This document shows positions 1 through 11,899 of a DNA stretch of 64,000 nt, one piece after another (position 1 is the stretch's first letter; every line of letters starts with the position of its first letter). Made by a program: the position numbers and the translations under genes. Below the pieces are notes generated by a model. It was not told the DNA's origin, did no database searches, and saw nothing but the letters and a program-made list of their open reading frames with translations. Source of the stretch: an uncultured delta proteobacterium (lineage in GTDB: Bacteria; Desulfobacterota; Syntrophobacteria; Syntrophobacterales; Syntrophobacteraceae); the NCBI GenBank assembly GCA_963808625.1, contig CAWEHK010000028.1:12625-76624 (forward strand), given 5' to 3'.

Positions 1-1550
1 ATTCTTTCGGTCATGGTCATGACCTCATACAAAGCCATACGCCCTCGATACCCGGTGTTATTGCATACGGGACAGCCTTTGCCCCGATAGCAAACAAACG
101 ACCCCAACTCATCTTCACGAACCCCGAGGTTGATGAGCGCATCATCGGGGACTTCCTCCACCACGCGGCATTCACGGCAAACACGGCGCACGAGCCTCTG
201 GGCCACCACCAGGTTGACCGCCGACGACACCAGGAAAGATTCCACCCCCATGTTTAGAAGCCTGACAATGGTGCTTGGAGCATCATTCGTGTGGAGGGTG
301 CTCAACACCAGGTGACCGGTTAGAGCTGCCTTAATCGCCACCTCGGCGGTTTCAAAATCTCTGATTTCACCGACCATGATGATGTCCGGGTCCTGCCGTA
401 AAAACGATCTCAAGGCCATTGCAAAGTTCAGTCCAATCAGGTCGTGGGTCTGTACCTGGTTGATTCCGGCCAGACTGTATTCGACGGGGTCTTCCGCGGT
501 TGAGATATTGTCACTGACCCGGTTCAATTCGGAAAGAGCGCTGTAGAGTGTCGTTGTCTTGCCGCTGCCGGTGGGTCCGGTGACCAGCACCATGCCATAG
601 GGCAGGCTTATGGCTTCCCGAAAAGCCTGGAATTGACTTTCCTCGAACCCCAGTTTGGTCATGTCGAGTTGCAGCCCGGTCTTGTCCAGGAGCCTGAGCA
701 CGACCTTCTCCCCAAAGAGTGTGGGCAGCACCGAAACGCGGAATTCCATTTCACGCCCTCGGGCTTTGAGCTTAATGCGTCCGTCCTGGGGCAGACGCCG
801 TTCGGCAATGTCCAGTCGACTCATGATTTTTAAACGGGAAACCAGCGCATTTCTCAGTTGCAGCGGGGGCCGCATCATCTCATAGAGCACTCCATCGATG
901 CGAAAGCGCACCCGCATGGTCTTTTCGTAGGGTTCGAGGTGGATATCGCTAGCCTGTTTTCGAATAGCATCCATGAGGATGTGATTGACCAGTTTCACCA
1001 CCGGCGCCTGATCGACAGCATCCTCCAGGAATGACATGTCCATCTCATCCGTGGACTCAATCAGGTCCACATCGACATCTTCTTTCAGCAGCCCGAGCAT
1101 GTCATCGACATTCTCGTTACCGGCCTGATCTTGATGCTGACTGAGCAATCCCTTGATAACAATCTCGGAAGCCACATGGACCTGGATGTTTTTCCTCGTC
1201 AGGAACCGGATGTCATCAATGACAAAGAGATTACCGGGGTCGGCCATGGCAACATTGAGGGTGTGACCAATCAAACCAAAGGGGACCGCCAGGTACTTCA
1301 TGGCAATTTCCGGCGGAATCAGCTCGACGATGTCTTTGGGAATGGAGAGTCCGGCAGGATTTATGGCCGGCACACGAAACTGCCTGGAAAGGAATTCCAC
1401 CAGGGCGGCGTCAGTGATATATCCCAGTTTGATCAAGACCGCGCCAATACGCTCCCCACTGTGTCGCTGTTCTTCAAGGGCCCGATTGAGCTGCTCGGGT
1501 TCAATCAAACCTTCCTGGAGCAGTAATTCCCCTAGTTTTTTTATCCCCAA
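1..1550 (-). CDS. pilB: Type IV-A pilus assembly ATPase PilB (runs off the left edge of the window)
   Basis: Manual minus-strand translation from TTG at 1550 (GAGGTG RBS): MGIKKLGELLLQEGLI (MshEN-like), Walker [14 protein letters not shown] near 555-590, LRQDPDIIMVGEIRD, LTGHLVLSTLHTND. Confidence 0.92.
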   Translation of the reverse strand, partial: MGIKKLGELLLQEGLIEPEQLNRALEEQRHSGERIGAVLIKLGYITDAALVEFLSRQFRVPAINPAGLSIPKDIVELIPPEIAMKYLAVPFGLIGHTLNVAMADPGNLFVIDDIRFLTRKNIQVHVASEIVIKGLLSQHQDQAGNENVDDMLGLLKEDVDVDLIESTDEMDMSFLEDAVDQAPVVKLVNHILMDAIRKQASDIHLEPYEKTMRVRFRIDGVLYEMMRPPLQLRNALVSRLKIMSRLDIAERRLPQDGRIKLKARGREMEFRVSVLPTLFGEKVVLRLLDKTGLQLDMTKLGFEESQFQAFREAISLPYGMVLVTGPTGSGKTTTLYSALSELNRVSDNISTAEDPVEYSLAGINQVQTHDLIGLNFAMALRSFLRQDPDIIMVGEIRDFETAEVAIKAALTGHLVLSTLHTNDAPSTIVRLLNMGVESFLVSSAVNLVVAQRLVRRVCRECRVVEEVPDDALINLGVREDELGSFVCYRGKGCPVCNNTGYRGRMALYEVMTMTER

Positions 1551-1607
1551 TGTGCACCTCTATAGACCTGATCGAAGACGGCCAATATAAAAAGCGTCAG
1601 AAATGCC

Positions 1608-1635
1608 TTGACAGCCGGAAAATCCTGGTTAATAT
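1608..1635 (+). promoter_or_regulatory. Putative sigma70 promoter (TTGACA-N16-TAATAT)
   Basis: Perfect -35 hexamer and plausible -10 about 60 bp upstream of the PxxKW gene. Confidence 0.4.
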
Positions 1636-1692
1636 GCGCTCCGAGTTCTCCATCGAGAACTATTACTTATACCAGAATTGGAGGTGGTTGTC

Positions 1693-1980
1693 ATGATTTG
1701 TGCGACGATGAAGGCGGGAATGGACTGCGCCTTCATGACGAAAGCAGGGTGTGGGTTTAGCGGCGGTTCCTGTCATCCGATAGTGGAGAAGTGTGATGGG
1801 TGCCAAAAGGTTATGGAATTGCCATCAGGGAAGTTTTGCAGCAGTTTTCCGAATCCTTCCAGCAAATGGAAGATGAGCAACTGTAACTTCGCCACGCATT
1901 CCAAGTGGGATTCACAAAGCCAACAACAAGCCAAAATCAATCCCCTTAAAGCATCCAAGAGAAGCACCAAAGGGAAGTAA
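1693..1980 (+). CDS. PxxKW family cysteine-rich protein
   Basis: Multiple Cys, PSSKW motif, CNFATH and C-terminal KINPLKASKR typical of this deltaproteobacterial family; GGAGGT RBS. Confidence 0.85.
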   Translation: MICATMKAGMDCAFMTKAGCGFSGGSCHPIVEKCDGCQKVMELPSGKFCSSFPNPSSKWKMSNCNFATHSKWDSQSQQQAKINPLKASKRSTKGK

Positions 1981-2064
1981 CCTGCGGTTGGTTCGTGAGA
2001 GCAGGCTTCATAACGATTGCTCAGCACGCTGTGGAGTCATGCTCTCACCACCAAAATCCTGTAA

Positions 2065-4020
2065 CTTGCATTTCGCTCTTTTCAAGAGGACGTTTTGGCA
2101 TTTAGGTGTTGACCTGTTCCAGTAACCTGACCGGGGCGGACGGGTCGCGAATCAACTACTGTCAAAGAGGAATTTGTATGAAAAATAGTCGCTCGGCACT
2201 TCCAGGATGGCAAGGATGTCTTCCTGAGATGGTGTCAGTTGCGAAATGAATCCTGGGCACTGCCGTCATTCAGGAGAATCCGCCCCTGAACGACGTACTT
2301 GAATGCCGCCAGAAGGGATTCGGTTTTGGGATTTCGGACATCTTTACGGTTTGGCATGAGTTGGTCCAGGCCGCGATCCCTTTGGGCAATGTTTCTTCTG
2401 GCGGTCCTTTCCATGAGCACCAGAAGTTGGAGGGCGATTTTGAATAGGAAGAGAAGTGCCTCGATTCGTTCAGGCGTGTGGAGATAGACAGGTTCGAGGT
2501 TCAGACCGCTCTTGGCCCTACGATTCGTGTGCTCGCAGTTGTACTGATTCTTATGAGCCATCATGGCTTCATGCAGGCTGAGATCCTGGACGGGTTTGTT
2601 GGTGATTAGCGGATAGTAGCCGAGATGGTAAAGTGCGTTGTCGAAGGCTGATTCACTGAAAGAAAGGCTGACGGTGAACCGGTCTTGAATGATGGTGACC
2701 TTTTCGACTTGCTCATTTGCTTTGACCCGGCCCCGCTTCTTGTTTTTGGATGAGACGATGGGGTCGTTGTTGATGGTGTAGCTGAAGAAGTCGCCCGTTT
2801 GGTATCTTGCGAGAATGGAAGAGCAGGCATGGTCGATGCTCTGTTCCGTCTTCAATGTATATTTATTGAGCTTCTCATCGAGTTGTTTGAAGGCCGCCAT
2901 GGTCTTCTCAATGCGGTTGCGAAGCGTACTGCTCTTTCTGACAAACAGCCCGTGATCAAAAAGGATGATCATGCGGAAAGGGTAGGTTTTTTCATCGTGC
3001 TCCACATGCAATGGCACTTCGAAAGCCCGGTTGATCTGCTTTTTGTAAGGCAGGAGGGTTTCCACCGGGTGGTTATCCAGAGCGGCATGGAAAGCGGATT
3101 TATAAGATTCGTACATGGGGGCTGGTGCAATGAAGAATCCGTCATGGTCGTGGATGTGGGCCATATTTTCCTTGGTGAGCAGTTTTGAATCGGCCACGTA
3201 AAGGAAGTCATTGCGGTCCAGGAGGTCGATTAGCTTTTGCCATTGCTCCACGTAAGTGGTCACATCGGCGGTATTGCCGCTGTACGCCTTTTGGAACAAG
3301 GGGAATCCACTGTCTGAGCTAACGGACAGAGACCATACAAATTGTTTGAGATCTTGCCGGTGTTTCTTGCTATGGCCGAAGGTAATTCGAATGCTGTCCG
3401 CTGTCTTGTTGTTGTCACAGTCACCGTAGACAGATGCTGAGGTGGTGTCGTTGTGACAGGTGCTCGTGACGATATTGAACTCGCGGATCATGTGCTGAGT
3501 GATGATGGTCTCCAGGTTGCCCAATCCATACGTGAACAGGGCGTCGAGGGTATCGGCAAGTCGATCGTCGAAATACTCTTCCGGCTTTATGTGAGGAAAG
3601 ACGACCTCCAGGACGGTGGTCTCGGATGCAAATTGAACGAACCTGTAGAGTTGCATGACTTGGAAGAGGATGCCGGTAATCATGGTAACCGAGGCCTCAC
3701 CATGAGTGAGGATCGTTCTTCTTGCGTCCAGAGGCACATGTGCATCGATGATCTGGGCGATGCGGCACCTTTCATAATAGGAGCGCAAGATGGGTGCAAA
3801 CCCGACTCCTTTAGTCTCCACACCATGGACCATGGACTGTTCGGCCATCTATCCCTCCTTCGGGAGGGTAGACTATGTTGAATAGAGCGTTTTGTCCAGC
3901 CGGGTATATGACTATTTGCGGCTATATTATCCAATTATCTGGCTCATTATGGGCCTAACTTTATTTTTCATCGTTTTTCTCAAAAATTGAAAATGCATCC
4001 AGAGAATAGCGAAATGTGAG
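2065..4020 (-). mobile_element. IS1634-family insertion sequence (1956 bp)
   Basis: 19-bp imperfect TIRs (CTTGCATTTCGCTCTTTTC at 2065-2083 vs reverse complement of 4002-4020 CTCACATTTCGCTATTCTC, 15/19) flanked by direct repeat CTGTAA at 2059-2064 and 4021-4026. Confidence 0.9.
2152..3848 (-). CDS. IS1634-family DDE transposase (frameshift near 2240)
   Basis: HNDTTS, ITFGHSKKHRQDLKQ, YVADSKL, PVYLHTPERIEAL motifs; tail LTPSQEDILAILEVP...FDSS* continues in another frame to 2152. Confidence 0.9.
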
Positions 4021-4263
4021 CTGTAAGTTTCCATTTTCTCTCACCTTTGTCCCGGTTCATGCGACGCCGTCGGGTCCCAATGAGGAGCCCCCTAATTTCA
4101 TTTGACTTCTCTCCTTGCGGTCGTTATGGCATAATAGCTTTGCGGCGCCTGGATGCATTGATTCCCGACGGGAGCAAGCCATGACCCGCACGCCAATGCA
4201 TCAGGGCGATATCTTCTGTCATTGCCTTGAGACACGAGGCCTCCTCGAAAGGAAAGCGTTGCC

Positions 4264-5472
4264 GTGGGAGAAACAGTCATTTTAACTGGAAACCAGACAG
4301 CAGCACTCGCCGCCAAACTCTGTCGCGTGCAGGTGGTTGCTGCCTATCCTATTACCCCCCAATCAAGAATACCGGAAGTACTGTCGGAGTATGTGGAACG
4401 GGGTGAATTGCAGGCCGAATTTGTCCGGGTTGAGAGCGAGCACTCCGCCATGGGCGTATGCATTTCAGCGTCCATGGTCGGTGCAAGAGTTTTCACCGCG
4501 ACGGCTGCCAATGGCCTGGCCTATATGCATGAGCAACTCCATTGGGCGGCGGGCGCGCGGCTCCCCATCGTGATGCCGGTGACGAATCGCGGTCTGGGGG
4601 CCCCCTGGACCATTCTCAATGATATGCAAGACACCATTTCTCAACGAGACACGGGATGGATGCAATTCTACTGCATGACCAACCAGGAAGTTCTCGATCA
4701 GATCATCCTCGCCTACCGGGTGGCCGAGCAACTCATGGCCCCTATTATGGTCTGCTTCGATGGCTTCCGTCTTTCGCACACGATGATGCCGGTGGCCGTC
4801 CCGTCTCAGGATGAGGTCGATGCCTTCCTGCCTCCTTATCGATTGCCTTATCGTCTGGACCCGGAAGCGCCGGTCAACATGAATCCGGTGGTAATGACCG
4901 ACCCCCTGCCCGGCCCCGACGGTGCTCCCTGTCCCAGTTACATGGGATTTCGGAGGCGCCTGCAGGAAACGCTGGAGGCGGCGCCGAGCGTGATTGCTCA
5001 AGCCGGAAGCGATTTCCAGCTCGCCTTCGGCAGGTCCTATGAGGACCCCCTTTATCGATATCGCTCCGAGGACGCCAGGTTTCTTTTTGTCGCCATGGGA
5101 TCCCTGGCCAGTGAGGCCAGTGCCGCTGCCGACATCCTCCGCGATCAGGGGACTGCTGCGGGCGTCATTGGGGTCCGGACGTTTCGGCCATTTCCGACCA
5201 GCGCTCTCGCTCAGGCCGTTGCCCAAGCCGATGGCGTCATCGTCGCCGAAAAAGCCATCAGCTACGGTTACGAAGGCGCTCTGGCCACCGAATTGAAAGG
5301 CGCACTATTCAGTCACAACGGTCATCGTCCGCTTGTATACAATTACATTTTGGGTCTCGGCGGCAAAGACGTCAAACCGTCAGACCTCGTGGAAGCCGCC
5401 GCCGATACCATGCAGGGCTTCGAAAAAGGGAACCGCCAGGAACATCCTCTCTGGATCGGCTCCGGAGTTTGA
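4264..5472 (+). CDS. porA: Pyruvate/2-oxoacid:ferredoxin oxidoreductase alpha subunit
   Basis: AYPITPQS, VESEHSAM, FDGFRLSH, GLGGKD motifs. Confidence 0.88.
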   Translation: MGETVILTGNQTAALAAKLCRVQVVAAYPITPQSRIPEVLSEYVERGELQAEFVRVESEHSAMGVCISASMVGARVFTATAANGLAYMHEQLHWAAGARLPIVMPVTNRGLGAPWTILNDMQDTISQRDTGWMQFYCMTNQEVLDQIILAYRVAEQLMAPIMVCFDGFRLSHTMMPVAVPSQDEVDAFLPPYRLPYRLDPEAPVNMNPVVMTDPLPGPDGAPCPSYMGFRRRLQETLEAAPSVIAQAGSDFQLAFGRSYEDPLYRYRSEDARFLFVAMGSLASEASAAADILRDQGTAAGVIGVRTFRPFPTSALAQAVAQADGVIVAEKAISYGYEGALATELKGALFSHNGHRPLVYNYILGLGGKDVKPSDLVEAAADTMQGFEKGNRQEHPLWIGSGV

Positions 5473-5506
5473 TCTAAACCACTCGAAAAGAAAGCACCAA
5501 GGAACC

Positions 5507-6407
5507 ATGACAACTGACAATCCTGGACCTTCCGGAACAAGAATATATCGAACCTGGAACACGCACCTGCGCGGGTTGCGGCTTGCCGATCGCGTATCGT
5601 TACATGCTCAAGGCCCTGGGTCCCAAGACCATCATGACCCACCCGGCATGTTGTCTGACGATTCTTCACGGCATCTATCCCAAGACCCCCGTGGCCATCA
5701 ATGCCGTGAACAACACCTTCGCCAGCACGGCAGCCTCGGCCTCGGGACTGGTGGCCGGCCTGAAGGCCACCGGCCAGAATGACTATACCGTACTGGCCAT
5801 GGCGGGCGATGGCGGGACTTTTGATATGGGCATCCAGGCCCTCAGCGGCGCCGCCGAGCGTGAAACCGACTTCATCTACGTCTGCTATGATAATGAAGCT
5901 TATATGAATACCGGAGTCCAGCGCTCCAGTGCGACGCCTTCCGGGGCTACCACCACAACGACCGCAGTCATTCCCAAGGAACAGCCGAAAAAAGATTTCC
6001 TCCAGATCATGGAAGCGCACCATCTGCCATATCTCGCCTCCGCATGTTCCTCTTATCCGGGGGACATTTTCAACAAGTTCCTCAAAGCCAAAACCATCAA
6101 GGGCACACGCTTCATCCATCTCAGTGTCCCCTGTCCGGCAGGATGGGTGTTTCCAACGAAAGACACGGTCAAGGTCGGAAGACTGGCAGTGGAATCCGGC
6201 GTGGTCTTGCTTTATGAAGTGGAGGACGGGGTCCTGAGGTTAACCGGAAAAACCTTGAACATGGCCCGCAACGCTCGGAAACGCCCAGTCGAGGAATACC
6301 TGCAACTGCAGGGGCGGTTCAAGAAGATGACGGCCGAACAGACTGCGGATTTCCAGCGTCAGGTTGATGACCGCTGGGACCAGTTGCTGAAGCGAGCCGA
6401 GTCCTAA
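5507..6407 (+). CDS. porB: Pyruvate/2-oxoacid:ferredoxin oxidoreductase beta subunit (TPP-binding; frameshift just after the start)
   Basis: TCAGCG upstream of the listed ORF, GDGGTFD..YDNEAYMNTG TPP motif, PCPAGW. Confidence 0.88.
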
Positions 6408-6538
6408 GCCCCGGCGCCATGGCCATTTGACGAATCAATGCCCATCGTCTCAATCCGTGATCGCTGAAAGCCTTCTTTCTCACCGCAGAGAACACCGAGG
6501 GCACAGAGAAAAGCTTTGAGAAAGACAAAGAGATTTCG

Positions 6539-6679
6539 CTCGTTCCCAAGCTCCAGCTTGGGAATACAGGACGGAAGCTCCGGCTTCACGTCTCGCCTGA
6601 GTACGAGGTGACATCTACACCTCCGACGAAGCTGGAGCTTCCACGCAGGTGGGTTCCCAAGCCAGAGCTTGGGAACCAG
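6539..6679. repeat. REP/BIME-like palindromic element (GTTCCCAAGC..GCTTGGGAAC family)
   Basis: Two GTTCCCAAGC-N-GCTTGGGAA hairpins enclosing GAAGCTCCGGCTTC and GAAGCTGGAGCTTC; lies between convergent porB and fabH. Confidence 0.75.
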
Positions 6680-6707
6680 CTTTGAACGGGAATTTGAGAC
6701 ACACCCC

Positions 6708-6751
6708 AAGAGCCAAGAGCTAACAGCCAACGGCTAAGAGCCAACAGCCAA
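6708..6751. repeat. Heptamer tandem repeat (AGAGCCA/ACAGCCA)n
   Basis: About 6 degenerate 7-mers immediately downstream of the fabH stop. Confidence 0.75.
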
Positions 6752-6753
6752 CT

Positions 6754-7752
6754 TCACTCCCACCAGCGCGTGAGCACGCTCCCCCAGGTGAAACCGGCAC
6801 CAAAAGCCGACATCACGAGATAATCTCCCTTTTTCACCTTTTTTTCCTCTGCCACGACCTCGTAGAGGCAAAGTGGAATCGTCGCGGCCGTGGTGTTGGC
6901 ATATCGGTCAATATTGATGACCACTTTACTCCGATCAATTCCCATGCGGTTGGCGCTGGCTTCGATGATGCGCAGGTTCGCCTGATGCGGCAGAAAGAAC
7001 GCTACATCGTCTCCGGTGAGTCCATTTTTTTCCAGGATTTGCGCTGAAACATTGGCCATTTCCTTCACCGCGAATTTGAATACCTGCTGTCCCTCCTGGT
7101 AGACGTAATGTTCCTTATTTTGACGGTCTCCAGGCTTGACGGCCGGCGGCTGCCTCCGGCTTTCATGTGCAGGTGCTTCCCACCGGAACCGTCGATCCGG
7201 TGGATAAAGTCCAAAACCCCGTACCCGGCTTCGGGGCAGGGCTCAAGGAGGACGGCAGCCGCAGCATCGCCAAACAGCACACAGGTATTGCGGTCCTCAT
7301 AGTCGATAATGCTGCTCATGACATCGCTGCCGATCACCAAGACCTTTTCATACCGCCCGGATTCGATCATCTGAACGCCCGCGGTGAGCGAAAAAATGAA
7401 ACCCGAACAGCCGGCAGAGAGATCAAAGCCCCAGGCGCGAGTGGCACCGATGCCCTCCTGCACCAGAGCAGGCCGTGGAGGGATAAAACATGTCCGGGGT
7501 CACCGTCCCCACAATGATGGCATCCACTTCCTCCGGGGCCGTATTGCCGCGTTCCAGGCAGTCCAAAGCCGCACGAATGGCCATATAGGAATTGCCCAGG
7601 CCGGGTTCCAGAATGCGCCGTTCGCGGATGCCGGTCCTGGTCATGATCCATTCATCCGTGGTGTCCACCATTTTTTCCAGATCTTGATTGGTAAGTCGCC
7701 GTTCCGGCAGGAAACGACCGACCGACCGAATGAAAGCATGTCTATTTGGCAT
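6754..7752 (-). CDS. fabH: 3-oxoacyl-ACP synthase III (split by 2 frameshifts)
   Basis: [26 protein letters not shown] (catalytic Cys), [21 protein letters not shown] spread across three ORF pieces. Confidence 0.92.
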
Positions 7753-7769
7753 TTTCAGTTACCACGCTG

Positions 7770-8563
7770 CTACATTATTCCTTTGTAATATCCGCCATCG
7801 ATTTGGATGGAGGCGCCCGTAATGAAACCGGACCGTTCGGAAGCAAGGAAGGTTACCAGGGCGGCGAACTCTTCCGGAGTACCCAAACGCCCCATGGGGA
7901 TCAAAGCTTCCCAGCTCTTGATGACCGCTTCAGGGGTCGTGCCGCGTTTCCCGGCGACATCGATGGAAATTTGCGCACCCTTTCGGTCATGGTGTAGCCC
8001 GGGACAGACATTGTTCACCGTGACGTTATAGGGAGCCAGCTCATTGGAGAGCGTTTTGGCAAAACCGATGACTCCGGAGCGCACCGTGTTGGAGAGAATG
8101 AGCCCATCGATAGGCTGCTTAACCGATATGGATGTCATATTGATGATCCGTCCCCAGCGTTTTTCCTTCAATATGGGAACAACTTCCCTGGTCATAATGA
8201 TGGTGCTCAGGAGATTCAATCTTATGCCCAGGTTCCACTGGTCATCGTCGACTTCGAGAAAGGTCCTGTCGGGAGGCCCGCCGGCGTTGTTGACAAGGAT
8301 GTCCACCGTGCCGAAATGTTCAATCCCCTTGCGAATAAAACCCCGTGGCCTGCTCGGCATTGCTCAGGTCAGCCGGAATGCCAATGATTTCTCCCCCCGT
8401 TGCCAGGCGGATTTCCTCGACCGCTTTGGGAAGCTCAGGATCATCGAGAGCACAAATGGCAACTCTTGCGCCCTCACGGCTCATCTCCATGGCCACGGCT
8501 TTTCCCAAACCCTGGCTCGCCTCCTGCAACAAAAGCTACTTTACCTTTTAAACCCAAATCCAT
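7770..8563 (-). CDS. SDR family oxidoreductase (3-oxoacyl-ACP reductase-like; frameshifted)
   Basis: MDLGLKGKVAFVAGASQGLG, ILVNNAGGPP, IPMGRLGTPEEFA, ITGASIQIDGG. Confidence 0.88.
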
Positions 8564-8658
8564 TGCTCTCTCCTCTTTTTCCATTCCGAAGAGGGCTTCC
8601 TTACGGCCTTCTATGCTGCATATTGTCCCATCACGTTCCTAGCCTCATCTTGTGATCC

Positions 8659-9385
8659 TCATAAAGCAGCGCGCATGGCCTCCGTATAGGTCCTGTCCTC
8701 CCGGTAGATGAAGAACGGGGGCGTAATCCGGAGTTCCTCTCCTGCTCCCTTCCTGCATTCCAGGTGCACCAGGCGGGCCTCGGAGGCAGCATCGGAGTGA
8801 ATTATCGTGAGCTGCTTCGGGTCAGGTCATACTCATGAGCCGTCACCAGAAGATGAGCGAGTCGCGTTGCCGGATAAATGACTGACAGCCGTCCGCCATG
8901 ACCAAGAAGATGCCTCGCCGCCCTGACACACGTCCGCAAGCGAGGACTTCAATTCATGCCGGGCAATGGCCCGCTGCCCATCCGGGTTCAGGCGACCGAC
9001 TGCGAAGGCGCCGATAAGGCGGATTGCTGGTCACGAGATCGAAACTTCCCGGTCGAAAATCCTGGAGAAATCCGGCGAAAATCTCGCTCATGAATCTCAA
9101 TCTTCTCACCAAAGCCATTGACTTGCATGTTTTGCTGCGCCAAGTCCACAAGGTCCGGTTGAATCTCCACCCCCACGATCCGCTTTCCCAGGTTGCGATA
9201 AGCCAGAATCAGCGGGATCACCCCACAGCCGGTCCCCAAATCCAGGATGCGATCATTGGGGTCGCACTCTGGTAAGGCCGGCAAGCAACACCGCATCAAT
9301 GGCGAAACCGGTACCCCCTTTTTCTGCTGATAAATGATCAGCTTTCCGTTGAAAAGCGCATCGCAGGTCAGCAAGAGCGATCCAT
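8659..9385 (-). CDS. tRNA1(Val) A37 N6-methyltransferase-like SAM methyltransferase (frameshifted; ends approximate)
   Basis: IYQQKKG, ILDLGTGCGVIPL, VEIQ, FDLVTSNPPY, ARHE motifs. Confidence 0.8.
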
Positions 9386-9389
9386 CTCG

Positions 9390-10739
9390 TCAGAGAAGGC
9401 CTGTCAAGCCGATGCCAAGAGTGTGGATGACCAGGCCGCTCCAGACTTTGGGATAGAAGTAGGTAGCCTTGTGAGGCATGATGAGTCCGGCGCTGGCCAC
9501 TTCCTGAACCTGTTCGATCCGGGTTGGATTGATAAAAAAACCTGCCTCATAGGTTCCTGATTGCACGGCGGAAACGGCTTCCAGAAGGTCCTGTTTGAAA
9601 TGAATATTGCGTTCGTTGGCGAGAAACACGTCGGAGAGTCCGAGCAGGTGTCGCAGCAACAACTGGTCCAGGATCACCACATCCAGACGGCGAAGCACTT
9701 CATTGATACCGCGACCGGAAAGATAAGACGAGATTACCTCACGTCTGGCCCTCAAAAGATAAAACCCATCAGCATGCCGCCAATACAAACCAATGAGCGT
9801 CTCTTTGGTCGACTGCCCTTTCTCCAGATCTTCACGCCACTAGCTTGTCCCTCGGTCGTCGTTTTGTAATTCGATAACATCAAAGTAGGCTGACAGCATC
9901 GCGCAAGAAGCCTTGAGGTTCCCAGGGGCCCATATGTCTCAGCAACCGATGGGTCGGAAGGATCGTCAGCCCGCCTTGATCCAGATTGGACAAGATACAT
10001 CATGATGTATTCGAAAGGGGCATCGGCAGGGGTATTACCCAGTTGCTGGCGCTGAATGGAGCGATAATTGAGGGCCGTCTCATAACGGTGATGCCCATCG
10101 GCTATATAGATCGGTTTGTCAAGCATCAGGGCTGTCACCTGTCGGATAGATCTCCGGGTTCACCACCCGCCATAGCTGATGCTTCATCCCTACCCGGTCC
10201 GTGAACGACATCACCGGGGTCGGTTCCCTGCCCATTCGCAAGAGGTGGTCAACCACCATGCCGGGATCGGAGTAAAGCGCGAAAACCGGGCTGAGGTTGG
10301 CCTGACAGGCCAGCATCAGGCCGAGACGCTCATCTTTTACCGCCTGGAAGGTCTTCTCGTGGGGACGGACAAAGCCGGAGCTGAATTCTTCCAGACGCAG
10401 GGTGCAAATGAACCCATAGCGCGTTTGGCGCACTCCCGGCGCAACCGGATAATCCAGTTCGTAGTAGTAAAGGGCCGGTTGTTCATCACGCTTCAGGACC
10501 CTTTTCTGTTGCCACTCCAGCAAGTGCTTTGCCGCGCGCGTGTGGGGATTGTCGGCTTCCGTGTCGTCCGGGGTGGACTTGCCCAGCTCCAGATGAACCA
10601 TGTTATAAGGACTGAGGTGATGGAAGAGTTCCTGTTCCGCTGGGGAGATGACATCATAAGGCGGAATTACCACCGTGGACAGACTTTCCACCTTTTCCGT
10701 ATTGTAGCGCAGCCCACAGAATGGGGCGATTTCTGCCAT
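9390..10739 (-). CDS. DUF1015 family protein (split by frameshifts)
   Basis: IAPFCGLRYN, PPYDVIS, VRPHEKT, IYIADGHHRYETA, MPHKATYFYPK. Confidence 0.88.
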
Positions 10740-10905
10740 GATTCGCTATACCTTCACATCTAATAATTGCGACTGAAGTCAACTTCCGACAATTATCCTG
10801 CTTCTGCAGACGGCATGAAGTCTTTCAGACGCGGCTTTTTCAGCACCATGCAAGATAGCAAGATATCAGTGGCCTGTACTCTGGAGTCTGTCTAATCCCT
10901 TAAAG

Positions 10906-11024
10906 CTCGTTCTCAGCTCCGCTTGAGAACCACCGTTGAATGCCACGGACGAATGGCTGCAACGTGATACTCGAGACGAAGCTGAGCTTTCACCTGCGTT
11001 TACAAGCTGGAGCTTGGGAACGAG
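10906..11024. repeat. Degenerate second copy of the GTTCCCAAGC..GCTTGGGAAC REP-like element
   Basis: CTCGTTCTCAGCTCCGCTTGAGAAC ... GAAGCTGAGCTTT ... CAAGCTGGAGCTTGGGAACGAG. Confidence 0.65.
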
Positions 11025-11857
11025 CGAACGAGCGAGTTCGCCCCTCTTCTAAGGTGGAGCGAGGGAATTTCCTTCGAGTTCCACGTAAATTTGAATTTCC
11101 GACAACTCACCGATTTCACGACAGCCAGAAGGGTGCACGGGGTTTCATAAACTGCTCTGGCAAGGATGAGGGAGGAGAAATCCTCGGTAAGCTGCAACGA
11201 TTCGCTGAAGCGCAGGACCATGCCGGCCAGATCCACCCACCTCGAGGCTTGTTCCAGGACGGATTGGTCACTGCTGGCGATGATCGCTTCGGCATAGGGA
11301 AACTCGCGCTCCGGCACCGGCACGGCTCGTGCCGTTCCACTAAGGCCAAGAGCATTCATCTGCTGTTGATAAGAATGGGCCAGACGACCACTCTGGCTGA
11401 TGGGAGCATCAAAGAGAAACAACGCCTCGGCGGGCCGGAATTCCCCCAGGAAACGAAAAATGAGGTCCACCGCCAGAGAACTTGCCTCCGTCATCCGGAA
11501 GTTCGCCGATTGTCCCGCGAGATCGCGGATCACGCCATCATTGGCCCTCAGCAGCGGGCGCCCGAGAAGAGAACTTTCCACCGTGATTTGAACATTGTGT
11601 CCATCCACCACCAGCAAGGCATCCCTCCAGGCGGCTCCCAGACTTCGCCCGGCAAGGCGTCGCAAAGCATCCCCTTGACCGAAGACGCCCCGATGGAGCA
11701 GTTGCCGTTCCAGGTGACTCAACCGATAGCGATTGCCGACCCACTCGAGCGCAGACTTCCTCGGATACCCGTGATTCTGCAAGAGGAAGAAATCGTGAGC
11801 GGCTCGATGTATTGGACGCAAGGGTTCGCGCGTTTGACAAAGCGGAGTGGTGGTCAT
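11000..11857 (-). CDS. DUF434 domain protein (PIN-like fold)
   Basis: GYPRKSALEWVGNRYRL, VDGHNVQITVES, DGVIRDLA, FDAPISQSG, SSDQSVL; the 3' end runs into the REP element. Confidence 0.8.
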   Translation of the reverse strand: MTTTPLCQTREPLRPIHRAAHDFFLLQNHGYPRKSALEWVGNRYRLSHLERQLLHRGVFGQGDALRRLAGRSLGAAWRDALLVVDGHNVQITVESSLLGRPLLRANDGVIRDLAGQSANFRMTEASSLAVDLIFRFLGEFRPAEALFLFDAPISQSGRLAHSYQQQMNALGLSGTARAVPVPEREFPYAEAIIASSDQSVLEQASRWVDLAGMVLRFSESLQLTEDFSSLILARAVYETPCTLLAVVKSVSCRKFKFTWNSKEIPSLHLRRGANSLVRSFPSSSL

Positions 11858-11899
11858 GAAATGGTGAGAACGCGGCAATCCTGAAGAGGAAGCGAAACA

